Below, piece by piece: positions 1-9,574 of a stretch of DNA of 64,000 nt. The DNA comes from an uncultured Candidatus Saccharibacteria bacterium (GTDB lineage: Bacteria > Patescibacteriota > Minisyncoccia > Phycocordibacterales > SBAW01). A model generated the notes under the pieces. The model had not been told where the DNA came from. It did not search any database and worked only from the letters and a program-made list of their open reading frames with translations. The position numbers were made by a program, and so were the translations under genes. The stretch lies in assembly GCA_964355655.1 (NCBI GenBank), contig CAYHDT010000002.1, positions 15,598 to 79,597 of the forward strand, read 5' to 3'. Within the stretch, counting starts at the first letter, position 1; each line of letters starts with the position of its first letter.

Positions 1-1044
1 AATGCTCTTACCAAAAAGAGCGTTTTAGTCGCTAACTATCCGTTTGCCACTATCGACCCGTCGGTCGGGGTGGTGGCGGTACCAGACGAGCGGCTCGACA
101 AGCTTTCCGTATTCTCCAACACTAAAAAGAAAGTTCCCGCGGCGGTCGAGTTTGTCGACATTGCCGGCCTAGTAAAGGGGGCATCGGAGGGGGAGGGGCT
201 TGGCAATCAATTTCTTTCCCATATCCGCGAGGTAGACGCCATTGCCCACGTGGTGCGGATTTTTGACAACGCCAACATTACGCACGTCGATGTGGCTATC
301 GACCCGGTGCGCGACATTGAAACGATAAATCTGGAATTGGCGCTGGCTGATCTCGAAACTACCGGCAAGCGACTGCAGTCGCTCGAGCGCGACGTGCGTG
401 CCGGTAAAAAAGAGGCAATTGTCGAGCATTTGGCGACCGAGAAGGCCAACAAGGTGCTTGCCGAGGGCAAGTCCGCGCAGAGCGCACACTATACCGACGA
501 AGAGCGCGCCGCGCTTAAAGGCCTGCATCTTTTAACTATGAAGCCCATGCTGTATGTGCTTAACAAAGAGTCGGGCGGCCACAATCTCGACGAGCTGAAC
601 GACGGGCGCTTCCGCTCGCTAAAAGAGTATCTGGAGGAGCGTAGCGCCAAGTATGTAACGGTAGACGCGCATGTCGAAAGCGAGCTGCGCGAACTGCACG
701 CGGACGACAAGCAGACCTTCCGCCAGGAGTACGGGGTTTTTGACGACGGGATTAACGGGCTTATCCGCGGCGGTTACGAGCTTTTAGGCTTGATCTCGTT
801 CTTTACGACCGGTGAGGTGGAGACGCGGGCATGGACTATTGCACGGGGAGACACGGCCCCGGTCGCCGGCGCCGCTATACACTCCGACTTTCGAGACAAG
901 TTTATCCGCGCGGAGGTTATTAACTGGGCAAAGCTGTTGGAAGCTGGCTCATTTGCCAAAGCGCGCGAGCTCGGGCAGCTGCGCACCGAGGGTAAAGAAT
1001 ATGTCGTCCAAGACGGCGACGTGATGGAATTTCTCCATTCATAA
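1..1044 (+). CDS. ychF: Ribosome-binding ATPase YchF (Obg-family P-loop GTPase); 5' end lies upstream of the window
   Basis: The frame is open from nt 1 with no start codon. Its C-terminal TGS-like region (GEVETRAWTIARGDTAPVAGAAIHSDFRDKFIRAEVINW) is typical of YchF. The upstream P-loop is missing because the gene is truncated. Stop codon TAA at 1042-1044. Confidence 0.85.
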   Translation, partial: NALTKKSVLVANYPFATIDPSVGVVAVPDERLDKLSVFSNTKKKVPAAVEFVDIAGLVKGASEGEGLGNQFLSHIREVDAIAHVVRIFDNANITHVDVAIDPVRDIETINLELALADLETTGKRLQSLERDVRAGKKEAIVEHLATEKANKVLAEGKSAQSAHYTDEERAALKGLHLLTMKPMLYVLNKESGGHNLDELNDGRFRSLKEYLEERSAKYVTVDAHVESELRELHADDKQTFRQEYGVFDDGINGLIRGGYELLGLISFFTTGEVETRAWTIARGDTAPVAGAAIHSDFRDKFIRAEVINWAKLLEAGSFAKARELGQLRTEGKEYVVQDGDVMEFLHS

Positions 1045-1051
1045 ATAAAAA

Positions 1052-1076
1052 AGAGACGCGTGGGTTCGCGTCTCTA
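1052..1076. terminator. Hairpin between the convergent genes ychF(+) and the 1074-1475(-) ORF
   Basis: AGAGACGCG-tgggtt-CGCGTCTCT, preceded by an A-run (a T-run on the minus strand). The stop codon of the minus-strand gene lies within the 3' arm. Confidence 0.4.
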
Positions 1077-1475
1077 GAGCGGCGGGAGTTTTAAATCTTC
1101 CCGGATTTTCGCGCGCCGACACTTTTCTTTTTCTTGTAAGAATGTCCGCATGAAGTCAGGAGTGTGCGGATTAAGGGCCGCGAAGTACCAGACAAGATGA
1201 TACTTTGCGTCGCTGTGGATCATCCAATAGCCGATAAGCTCCGCCAAGCGGGGCGGGCAGAGCCGGTTGCCGAGTACGTTTGCCACCACTGCCGGTTCCC
1301 GGTCTTCAGCAAGACGTTCCAGAACATGCACCCGGTTTGTGCGGGCCGCAACACGCGCCCGCACAAACGGGCACGAATGGTACGAAAGAGCCTCCAACTC
1401 GATAGGGACTTCCGTCCGTATCGCATGGAGATAGTCGGCTGGGTATTGTAAGTCCCCGTTCACCGGCGCCTCCAT
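1074..1475 (-). CDS. Hypothetical protein with HEAT/PBS-lyase-like repeats
   Basis: VRARVAARTNRVHVLERLAEDREPAVVANVLGNRL resembles HEAT-like repeats. It is in the same frame as the upstream 377 aa ORF, separated by one TAA and 25 open codons. Confidence 0.4.
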   Translation of the reverse strand: MEAPVNGDLQYPADYLHAIRTEVPIELEALSYHSCPFVRARVAARTNRVHVLERLAEDREPAVVANVLGNRLCPPRLAELIGYWMIHSDAKYHLVWYFAALNPHTPDFMRTFLQEKEKCRRAKIREDLKLPPL

Positions 1476-1550
1476 GAGTTTGTTCTGCGGCGCACCATAC
1501 CAAATTTTTGCAACACCGACAATGCTTTTACAAAAAACGGCGCCTGCTGT

Positions 1551-2684
1551 TTAAGCAGACGCCGGGTGTTCGAGGTGAGGAATTAGTTGGACCACTTCCG
1601 GTTCCAACAAGACTTCGCTCCACAAGGGCTCCCGTAGAATCGCGGTATTTGTTTTGAGTTCGATTTTTGACCGGAGCCGCAGTACAAGCTGTCCCTTCCG
1701 GTAGTATGGCCGAGAGGGAATAGCGTAAGCGCACGTTTTTGTGAACGGGCATACCAGGCAGGTTTGTTCGAGGAGTTTGCGCCCCTTGTGCAGGACCCAC
1801 TGGTCGTGACTAAAAGTCTCTTCGACGCCATGGTGTGCAAACAAAGGTGTTCCGCCGTTCTGTTGTTTAGTAACAGTAACAGGCGAGTTGCCGCACATCA
1901 CGAGCGAGAAGAGCCAGAGCGCGTCGGCAACGGCAAGAGGGTCTGCCCGGCGCGTCTTAAGATACCGCATTACTACCGCGCGCCACGGCGCGGAAAGTTT
2001 TTCATTGGCGCTAAGCCGCTCGCCTTCGGCAAGTTCCACGACGATTACCTCGTTACCCAGTCCCAGACGAAAGTTATGGAAGTCCGCCGGAGACGGATAT
2101 AAGAAGCGCTTTTCGAGCCACCCTTCCCAGTCATAGAAGTAAATGAGCATCGAAACCATTTTGGGCTGGAAGCCGCGGAAGCCTTCGTTGCCAAGAGCCG
2201 CTTCGCGCAACTCCTTTTTAGTCGTTTTGTTTTTGATGCGGCACACTGCTTCGTCGTAGTCGCGCAGGCCTTTGAGCAAACAAAGCGGGTTTCCGCTCCA
2301 ATTGCGCGCGAGGCGCTTGGAGTTCTCCACCCAGCTGATGCTTGCGGATTTTGAGTCCCAACCGATGAACTTTTTTAACAGTTCCTGCACATTTTCGTGC
2401 CGGAGCCATTGAGCATAATGCGGATCAAAGAGCACCGGGTGCGCCCGCCACATCAGAATAAGGGCGTTGAAGGCCTGCAGACTTTCTATACCACCCCGCA
2501 TATAAATGCAGAGGTAGAAATAGAAACGCGCGAGTGTCAGCTTGTCCCGGCGGATGTCCTCCGGAATAATATTCTGCGGGATAATCGCGTCCGGTCGGTT
2601 GTACGGGTACTGCTTCGCCATCCAGCGTCCGACCAGTTCATCGAACAGGGCGAACGCTCTCTTTTCATCAATAGAGATGCGCAT
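1551..2684 (-). CDS. Hypothetical protein (377 aa) with a C-terminal Cys cluster CxxCx5C
   Basis: Long ORF. The CLVCPFTKTC motif is reminiscent of a partial Fe-S cluster loop as in HhH DNA glycosylases. No confident family assignment. Confidence 0.5.
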   Translation of the reverse strand: MRISIDEKRAFALFDELVGRWMAKQYPYNRPDAIIPQNIIPEDIRRDKLTLARFYFYLCIYMRGGIESLQAFNALILMWRAHPVLFDPHYAQWLRHENVQELLKKFIGWDSKSASISWVENSKRLARNWSGNPLCLLKGLRDYDEAVCRIKNKTTKKELREAALGNEGFRGFQPKMVSMLIYFYDWEGWLEKRFLYPSPADFHNFRLGLGNEVIVVELAEGERLSANEKLSAPWRAVVMRYLKTRRADPLAVADALWLFSLVMCGNSPVTVTKQQNGGTPLFAHHGVEETFSHDQWVLHKGRKLLEQTCLVCPFTKTCAYAIPSRPYYRKGQLVLRLRSKIELKTNTAILREPLWSEVLLEPEVVQLIPHLEHPASA

Positions 2685-2753
2685 GCCGTATTCCTTATTT
2701 TGTTTTAGACGAACGGTCTGCAGCGGTTATACCTTTTTAAAGTACGGTAGGTC

Positions 2754-2788
2754 AAATAAAAAAACCGCCGCTCCGTGAGGGGCGGCGG
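2754..2788 (-). terminator. Intrinsic terminator after the HNH endonuclease gene
   Basis: On the minus strand: GATGCCGCCGCCCC-tcac-GGAGCGGCGG followed by a T-run. Confidence 0.55.
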
Positions 2789-2790
2789 CA

Positions 2791-3528
2791 TCAGAAGGTT
2801 TCTTCAAGCGTAACTGCGGCACTTTGATTCAGAAGCGGCGGGAAAATAGGGTAGGTGACTTTTCCGCCGTTTTCGGGGAGTCCTCGATAACTGTGGAACT
2901 CTTTATGCCGGTTCAGGTACCAACGGTGAGCAGCTCTTTCTCCCTCCGGCGTTTTTGGCCATACTCGTACGGAACGATAAGTCACGCGGTGCACCATAAT
3001 CTGGCCGCCGTAGCGAGTGCCGCGGCGGCGCAGCTCGACGCCTTGTTTTAGTCCCGCATGAGTGGTGCGCCCCGTAGAACGACCGTTTGCCCGGTTGCCG
3101 CCGTGGTCGGTTACCCGCAAGGCTCGTTCGCGACAGTCGAGAGAAAGTCCGGACTTGTGGTCGACAATCACCGCCCTGCCCGCTTTTTTGATAAAGCGAT
3201 GCAGATAGACGTGAGTGCGCTTTCGTGCCCCTTTCTTTCTTGGAGGAGACCAACAGGCATAGACTTTAATAATCCGTCCCGTTTTGTCGTATTGGACGTT
3301 AGCCCACCATTTGCGTGTAAGGACACGGGCGGCCTCTTTTTTGTCGATAATGGCGAAGTACCCTTGCGTGAGAGGCACAACCGCGTAGTCGGGCTTAAAG
3401 TTGGCCCAATCGTACCGCTCCATCAGGAACAGCTCGTGCGACTCCCTCACGCTTATCGAGATGGAATGAGGCTGCTCCGGTACCAGGAGCAGCGAGTCGT
3501 CGCTTAACGCGTCGAGATGCTTCTCCAT
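2791..3528 (-). CDS. HNH endonuclease with a C-terminal AP2 DNA-binding domain (homing-endonuclease-like)
   Basis: HNH_3-type motif VIVDHKSGLSLDCRERALRVTDHGGNRANG. AP2-like segment YGGQIMVHRVTYRSVRVWPKTPEGERAAHRWYLNRHKEFHSYRG. Confidence 0.7.
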   Translation of the reverse strand: MEKHLDALSDDSLLLVPEQPHSISISVRESHELFLMERYDWANFKPDYAVVPLTQGYFAIIDKKEAARVLTRKWWANVQYDKTGRIIKVYACWSPPRKKGARKRTHVYLHRFIKKAGRAVIVDHKSGLSLDCRERALRVTDHGGNRANGRSTGRTTHAGLKQGVELRRRGTRYGGQIMVHRVTYRSVRVWPKTPEGERAAHRWYLNRHKEFHSYRGLPENGGKVTYPIFPPLLNQSAAVTLEETF

Positions 3529-3632
3529 TTTTTACCCCGGTTATTGAGAATTGGAACTTATAGCTTCTGAGGCCTAGTATACTCAAAAATGCTATACTGG
3601 TAAGGTTGATTAATCTTTAATCTCTTTTTTCT

Positions 3633-4580
3633 ATGGATAGACCAAAAGCGACGCCGAAGGACTTCTTTTTGTGGGCGGGAGCCGTTGTTTCGCTTTACGC
3701 GAGCATCGTGTCTTTTATCACGCTCCTGTTCGAATACATTGACCACACGTTCCGGGATACCGCCCTTGAGTCTTGGTATGACCCATACGCGGGAGGCGTG
3801 GCTTATGCCATGGCGTCTCTTATAGTGCTCGCGCCGGTGTTCCTGATATTGATGCGTGTCATCCGCCGCAACATTATCGCCGACCCGAGCCGCAACGAAG
3901 TGTGGGTCCGCCGCTGGGCGCTCTTTTTGACCGTCTTTCTTGCAGGGGCCACTATCGTCATCGACCTGATTGTCCTGTTAAACACTTTCCTTTCCGGAGG
4001 CGAGCTAACGACAGCCTTCCTGCTTAAAGTGCTGGTGGTGCTGTTGGTGGCCGGCGCGGGCTTTATGCACTTTCTTGCCGACCTGTGGGGTTACTGGGAC
4101 AAAAATCCGCACTACGCGCGCTACATCAACTGGGCTACCGGAGTACTCGTGGCACTGACCATTGCCGCAGGTTTCCTTATTATCGGCTCGCCGCAGAGCC
4201 AGCGCGCGCTGCGCATCGACAGTCAGCGCGTAAGCGACTTGCAGTCGCTCCAGTCGCAAATAGTGTATCTCTATCAGCAAAAAGAGCGCTTGCCTGCAAC
4301 CCTTGCCGAGCTTAACGACCCGCTCTCTTATTACACCGTGCCGATGGATCCGGAGAGCAAGGAAGCTTATGGCTACGCCGTCAAAGGTGCGCTGACCTTC
4401 GAGTTGTGCGCGGACTTTGCGACCGCGGGAACTGTCGACCAATACGGCAAAACAGTCGCGGCGCCTTCTATTTATGGCATGAGCGACAAATGGGAGCATA
4501 AAGCCGAGCGCACCTGCTTTAGCCGCACCATCGACCCACTCCTCTACCCGCCGTACTCTAAAGGCATTCCTGTCCGCTAA
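3633..4580 (+). CDS. DUF5671-like integral membrane protein, typical of CPR bacteria
   Basis: Multiple TM helices in the N-terminal half and a soluble C-terminal domain. Confidence 0.55.
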   Translation: MDRPKATPKDFFLWAGAVVSLYASIVSFITLLFEYIDHTFRDTALESWYDPYAGGVAYAMASLIVLAPVFLILMRVIRRNIIADPSRNEVWVRRWALFLTVFLAGATIVIDLIVLLNTFLSGGELTTAFLLKVLVVLLVAGAGFMHFLADLWGYWDKNPHYARYINWATGVLVALTIAAGFLIIGSPQSQRALRIDSQRVSDLQSLQSQIVYLYQQKERLPATLAELNDPLSYYTVPMDPESKEAYGYAVKGALTFELCADFATAGTVDQYGKTVAAPSIYGMSDKWEHKAERTCFSRTIDPLLYPPYSKGIPVR

Positions 4581-4615
4581 ACCGCCAAGGAGAGTCCTTG
4601 GAAACTGTGGATAAG

Positions 4616-4647
4616 TAAGAAAAAACCGTCGCGGATATCCGCGGCGG
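4616..4647 (-). terminator. Intrinsic terminator after the 4660-5496(-) gene
   Basis: CCGCCGCGGatatCCGCGACGG hairpin followed by a T-run on the minus strand. Confidence 0.5.
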
Positions 4648-4659
4648 TTGTCGTATAGG

Positions 4660-5496
4660 TCAGGCGTTGGCGCTATTTTCGCCGAGTGCCGGTTCGGACC
4701 TCATGATGAGTGCGTAGAGGCCGGCGACAATCGCCGAAGCGATGACACCGCCTACGAGCGGCACCATGCTGTATTCAAACAGCGTCGGCGAGACAGGGCC
4801 CGTGAGGACGAATCCTTCCGTAGCTATGCCGCCGCCAATCAGTCCGCTTATCATTACCATGAACCGTCTGTAAGAGGCGACGATGCGGATAAGCTTCCAG
4901 CCGCCCACAGGGATATCGCGGAAGCAGAAATAGAGAATCCCCAACAGAGTCCAGCCCGCAAGCTGGCCATAGCCGTATTCCCCGTCTGCAAGCACGAAGT
5001 CTTGGAAAAGCACGTATGGTTGTTGCTTATGCAGCGCAGCGTGTCCGATATCCGCAAAAATAGCGAATATAATGACACTGCAAAACCAGCATATCACCGA
5101 GGCGATAAAGAACAACGCTGTGATTCTCAGGGCATAGTGAGATTCGGGGTTCGGTATTCCAGGCACAAAGAAGAAGAGTGCTAGCGTTGCGAGTACTATT
5201 CCTGACGCAACCGTGTCGTACACGAACGGGTGTGGTTTACGAAACCATGCCCTGAATGCCGAGATCTCCTTCTTAAGGAATATGCGCGTGTTTCGCCCGG
5301 CGTCGACAGTTGTTTGAAATGCGACGGGGATAGCCCGCAACACATCGCCAAATTGGTACGCGAGGAAGCCGACTGAAACGCTCCCGAGTACCCCGAGCCA
5401 TAGTATCCCAGGAGCCCACAACAAGGACCCACCAACCAGCACGACGAAAGCAAAACCCGCGACAAATGCCGCCTGCATCAGCTTGCGAAGTTCCAT
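4660..5496 (-). CDS. Polytopic membrane protein, hypothetical
   Basis: About 7 predicted hydrophobic helices. No recognisable motif. Confidence 0.5.
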   Translation of the reverse strand: MELRKLMQAAFVAGFAFVVLVGGSLLWAPGILWLGVLGSVSVGFLAYQFGDVLRAIPVAFQTTVDAGRNTRIFLKKEISAFRAWFRKPHPFVYDTVASGIVLATLALFFFVPGIPNPESHYALRITALFFIASVICWFCSVIIFAIFADIGHAALHKQQPYVLFQDFVLADGEYGYGQLAGWTLLGILYFCFRDIPVGGWKLIRIVASYRRFMVMISGLIGGGIATEGFVLTGPVSPTLFEYSMVPLVGGVIASAIVAGLYALIMRSEPALGENSANA

Positions 5497-5611
5497 GACC
5501 TTCTCCTTATGTATGAGGAACCTATTCCAATCAGCAGGTTACTACGAGGGCGAGTTCGGTGTCAAAGAATAGATAGTAAAATCGAAATTCTGTGTTATTT
5601 TAAAAGGCATC

Positions 5612-8452
5612 ATGGCGGAAAAGTACGACCACAAAACCATCGAAAAAAAATGGCAGGAGCGATGGGAAAAGGAAGGCGCTTTCCGCGCGGAGGACACATC
5701 GGATAAGCCGAAACAATACATACTCGACATGTTCCCGTACCCTAGCGGCGACGGACTGCACGTGGGACACGTCGAAGGGTACACAGCGACCGATATCTAC
5801 AGCCGCTACAAGCGTATGAAAGGCTTTAAGGTTTTGCACCCGATGGGGTGGGACGCGTTTGGCCTGCCGGCGGAGAACTACGCCATAAAGACCGGCGTGC
5901 CACCGCAAGAGACGACTGATAAATCGATAAACAACTTCCGCAGGCAGATTAAAGCCCTTGGCCTTTCCTACGACTGGTCGCGCGAGATTGGTACGCACAA
6001 CCCGGATTACTATCGCTGGACGCAATGGCTCTTTGCCAAATTTTTTGAAAAGGGTTTGGTGTACAAAAAGAAAGCGCTGGTCAACTGGGACCCGGTCGAC
6101 CAGACCGTGCTCGCCAACGAGCAGGTCCTTCCCGACGGCACCGCCGAGAGAAGCGGCGCCAAAGTAGAGAAGCGTGACCTGGAGCAGTGGTTTTTTAAGA
6201 TTACCGATTATGCCGACGAGCTTGCCGACTCGCTCGACCAAGTAGACTGGCCCGAGTCGACCAAAATAAACCAGCGCAACTGGATAGGCCGCTCGGAAGG
6301 AGCAGAACTTACCTTCAAAATATCAAGGTCGAACCTTGATGTAAAAGTATTTACCACGCGGCCGGATACGCTTTTTGGCGCAACGTACCTGGTGTTGGCT
6401 CCTGAACACCAGGAAATCTCAAATCTCAAACAACAAATTACAAACTGGGACGAAGTACTTCGATATATCGAAGTGGCAAAAAACAAAAACGATATTGAGC
6501 GTTCTGCAGAAGGGAAGGAAAAAACGGGTGTTGAGCTTAAGGGTATTAAAGCGATTAATCCGGCAAATAAAGAAGAAATCCCCGTATATATCGCCGATTA
6601 TGTGCTCGGTCATTATGGAACAGGCGCGATTATGGCCGTCCCCGCGCACGACGAGCGCGACTTTGAGTTTGCTAAGAAGTTTAATTTGCCAATACGCGAG
6701 GTTGTAGTGCCGGACAGAATAGATCCAAAAAACCCTCCGCTGGAAGGAAAAAAGAATGTCCCACGCCGCACTGTCCAGGTGGTGTTGCGCCGCCCGGCTG
6801 ACGGCAAGATCGTCGTGTTGCACTGGAGCCACCACTCATGGAAGACGCTGCTTATCGGCGGAGTAGAGGAGGGCGAAGAATTGATAGGGGCGGCAAAAAG
6901 AGAGATTTTGGAAGAAGCAGGGTACAAGAATATCCGCTTTGTTAAAGAGTTGGGGGATATGTACGCGGGTTACTTCGCCTCGCATAAAGATGAGAATCGC
7001 CGCGCCTATGTAACCGGCCTGCTTTTTGAACTTGTTGACGAGGAAAAAGAAGAAATCTCCGCTGAAGAAAAAGCGAAGCATGAGCCGGTATGGATGACTA
7101 TTGAAGAGGCAAAGGCGATTGTCATTGGCGTCGAGCCCCCGATTTTCTTAGAGCGGCTGGAAAAAGATTTGTGGGTATATACAGGCAAGGGTACGCTCGT
7201 TCATTCCGGAGCTTTCGATGGCGTTTCAAACGAAGAAGCCAAGAAAAAAATAGCCGAGGCGGTAGGCGGAGTGATGAAGAAGACCTACCGCCTGCGGGAC
7301 TGGCTGATTAGCCGCCAGCGGTATTGGGGGGCGCCTATACCTATTGTGTATGACCCGGAAGGCAAACCGCACGCGGTGCCCGAGGAACACCTGCCTTGGA
7401 TGCTGCCTACCGACGTGGAGTTTAAGCCGACCGGTACCTCGCCTTTGGGGCAGTCAAAAGAGCTTTTGGAACGCACTGAAGCGTTGTTCGGCAAGGGCTG
7501 GAAGCCCGAGATAGATACCATGGACACTTTTGCCTGCTCGTCGTGGTACTTTTTTCGCTTTGCCGACCCACGCAATGAACGTGAGTTCGCAAGCAAGGAA
7601 CAAATGCAAAAATGGCTGCCTATCGACCTATACGTCGGCGGAGCCGAGCACACCGTGTTGCACTTACTGTACGCGCGCTTTTTTACCAAAGTCCTGCGCG
7701 ACATGGGGTACCTTTCCTTTGACGAACCGTTTCTTAAACTCCGGCATCAAGGGACCATCCTTGCAGAGGATAGCCGCAAGATGAGCAAACGCTGGGGCAA
7801 CGTTATCAACCCCGACGACATGGCCGACAGATTCGGCGCCGACGCGCTGCGTATGTACGAAATGTTTATGGGCCCGCTGGAGGCTATGAAGCCGTGGAGT
7901 ACCAAGAATATAGCCGGTCTAGAGCGTTTTTTGGAGCGTGTGTGGAAGCTCGGCGAAAATCAAGGACAGTCCTTGGAGAGCCCTGAGCTAAGGACTGTCC
8001 TTAGCCCGGCTCTTGAGACTCTGCTCAACCAAACCGTCAAAAAAATCGGGGAGGATATTGAAAATCTTAAGCTGAATACAGCCGTTTCGGCGTTGATGAT
8101 TTTGCTCAATGAGTTGGAGAAGGGAGCTCCTCGCGCCGCATACGAAACGTTTATACAATTACTTGCCCCTTTTTCTCCGCACATAGCCTCCGAGCTTGCG
8201 GAAAGGGCGGGTATCTCGATTGTGGAATGGCCTACGTATGACGAGTCTAAACTGCTTTCCGAGACGGTAAAAATCGCGGTTCAGGTCAACGGCAAGGTAA
8301 GGGTAACTCTGGAATTCCCGATATCAGTCACTAAAGAGGAAGCACTTGCTGCCGCCCGTCTAAACGCTATAGTATCAAAATGGCTAGGGGAGGAGGAGGT
8401 CAAAAAAGTAGTATACGTGCCGGGCAAGATTATTAGTTTTTCCACAGAATAG
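5612..8452 (+). CDS. leuS: Leucyl-tRNA synthetase carrying an inserted Nudix hydrolase domain (about aa 383-510)
   Basis: HVGH at the N-terminus, a TTRPDT editing motif, and GTGAIMAVPAHDERD. The inserted segment has a perfect Nudix box GGVEEGEELIGAAKREILEEAGY (GX5EX7REUXEEXGU). The sequence resumes with YRLRDWLISRQRYWG. Confidence 0.95.
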   Translation: MAEKYDHKTIEKKWQERWEKEGAFRAEDTSDKPKQYILDMFPYPSGDGLHVGHVEGYTATDIYSRYKRMKGFKVLHPMGWDAFGLPAENYAIKTGVPPQETTDKSINNFRRQIKALGLSYDWSREIGTHNPDYYRWTQWLFAKFFEKGLVYKKKALVNWDPVDQTVLANEQVLPDGTAERSGAKVEKRDLEQWFFKITDYADELADSLDQVDWPESTKINQRNWIGRSEGAELTFKISRSNLDVKVFTTRPDTLFGATYLVLAPEHQEISNLKQQITNWDEVLRYIEVAKNKNDIERSAEGKEKTGVELKGIKAINPANKEEIPVYIADYVLGHYGTGAIMAVPAHDERDFEFAKKFNLPIREVVVPDRIDPKNPPLEGKKNVPRRTVQVVLRRPADGKIVVLHWSHHSWKTLLIGGVEEGEELIGAAKREILEEAGYKNIRFVKELGDMYAGYFASHKDENRRAYVTGLLFELVDEEKEEISAEEKAKHEPVWMTIEEAKAIVIGVEPPIFLERLEKDLWVYTGKGTLVHSGAFDGVSNEEAKKKIAEAVGGVMKKTYRLRDWLISRQRYWGAPIPIVYDPEGKPHAVPEEHLPWMLPTDVEFKPTGTSPLGQSKELLERTEALFGKGWKPEIDTMDTFACSSWYFFRFADPRNEREFASKEQMQKWLPIDLYVGGAEHTVLHLLYARFFTKVLRDMGYLSFDEPFLKLRHQGTILAEDSRKMSKRWGNVINPDDMADRFGADALRMYEMFMGPLEAMKPWSTKNIAGLERFLERVWKLGENQGQSLESPELRTVLSPALETLLNQTVKKIGEDIENLKLNTAVSALMILLNELEKGAPRAAYETFIQLLAPFSPHIASELAERAGISIVEWPTYDESKLLSETVKIAVQVNGKVRVTLEFPISVTKEEALAAARLNAIVSKWLGEEEVKKVVYVPGKIISFSTE

Positions 8453-8459
8453 GGGTCGC

Positions 8460-8488
8460 TTGACCTATTTTGAGGGGCGTGATATACA
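8460..8488 (+). promoter_or_regulatory. Sigma-70-like promoter (TTGACC-N17-TATACA) giving a near-leaderless transcript of the sigma region-4 gene
   Basis: -35 TTGACC, 17 nt spacer, -10 TATACA. The ATG lies about 10 nt downstream of the -10 element. Confidence 0.4.
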
Positions 8489-8497
8489 ATAACACAC

Positions 8498-9544
8498 ATG
8501 GCAACACAAATAGCGGACAAAACGGGCTTTAAGCCCAAGGCAATCGTCAAAAAGCTCATGGTAGCGCTCCCGGAGCGCTCCCGCATTGTGCTTGAAAGCC
8601 GCTTTGGCCTAGGTGCTTCCCCCGAGCGGGTAACGCTCGAGGCTATCGGCAAGCGCTACGGCATTACCCGCGAGCGCGTCCGCCAGATAGAAAATCACGC
8701 TTTGGCAGCGCTTAAGAAGTCTCCCGCATTTGCCAGCGCCGAGGCGGCCTTTGAGGAGCTCGAGCGTATTATCGATGGGCTTGGCGGCATCGTCTGCGAG
8801 GACGACCTTTTGAACTTCATGACCAAGGACAAGTCGATGCAGAACCATATCTACTTCCTTTTGGTGCTCGGCGACCCGTTTAAGTTCCGCAAGGAAGACG
8901 ACGAGACTAATCGCTGCTGGTATGTCGATGCCGAACTGGCCAGCAAAGTAGAAGGCGCGCTTAAAACGCTCTATGGCGGGCTGTCCGACGAAGACCTTAT
9001 CCCGGAGGGCGAGATGATCGACCGCTTCCTTAAAGAGCTCCAAAACATCAACGACAAACACCGCAACCAGGAAGTGTTGCGCCGCTGGCTCACTATTTCG
9101 AAATCTATCGGCAAAAACCCGCTCGGGGAGTGGGGCCAGGCATCATCGCAGAATGTTAAGACAAAAGGCGTGCGCGACTTTGCCTACTTGGCGGTCAAAA
9201 AGCACGGCTCCCCGTTGCATTTCCGCGAGGTGGCGACACTGATTGAAAAGATGTTCGACCGTAAAGCGCATGTCGCCACTACCCACAACGAGCTTATTAA
9301 AGACGGGCGCTTCGTGCTGGTAGGCCGCGGCATGTACGCGCTGCGCGAGTGGGGCTACACCGAGGGCGTCGTGCGCGATGTTGTGCGCGAAGTTTTGCGC
9401 AAAAACGGTCCGATGACCCGCGACCAGATAATCGAAAAAGTGCTTAAAGAGCGCCATGTCAAACCGGGCACGATTGTCGTCAACCTCCAAAACCAAAAGT
9501 ATTTCAAGCGGGGCAAAGACGGCAAATTCTCCCTCGTTAAGTAA
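8498..9544 (+). CDS. Sigma-70 region-4 (HTH) domain protein, a CPR-typical stand-alone family
   Basis: TLEAIGKRYGITRERVRQIENHALAALKK matches the sigma-70 region 4 HTH. The rest of the protein has no sigma regions 2 or 3. Confidence 0.6.
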   Translation: MATQIADKTGFKPKAIVKKLMVALPERSRIVLESRFGLGASPERVTLEAIGKRYGITRERVRQIENHALAALKKSPAFASAEAAFEELERIIDGLGGIVCEDDLLNFMTKDKSMQNHIYFLLVLGDPFKFRKEDDETNRCWYVDAELASKVEGALKTLYGGLSDEDLIPEGEMIDRFLKELQNINDKHRNQEVLRRWLTISKSIGKNPLGEWGQASSQNVKTKGVRDFAYLAVKKHGSPLHFREVATLIEKMFDRKAHVATTHNELIKDGRFVLVGRGMYALREWGYTEGVVRDVVREVLRKNGPMTRDQIIEKVLKERHVKPGTIVVNLQNQKYFKRGKDGKFSLVK

Positions 9545-9574
9545 AAATCGCCCTTCGGGGCGATTTTTCGTTTA
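9545..9574. terminator. Bidirectional intrinsic terminator
   Basis: ATCGCCCttcgGGGCGAT flanked by an A-run and a T-run, between convergent genes. Confidence 0.6.

Noticed and set aside
5600-6241. 213 aa ORF antisense to the leuS 5' region
   Set aside because: Overlaps a certain leuS coding sequence.
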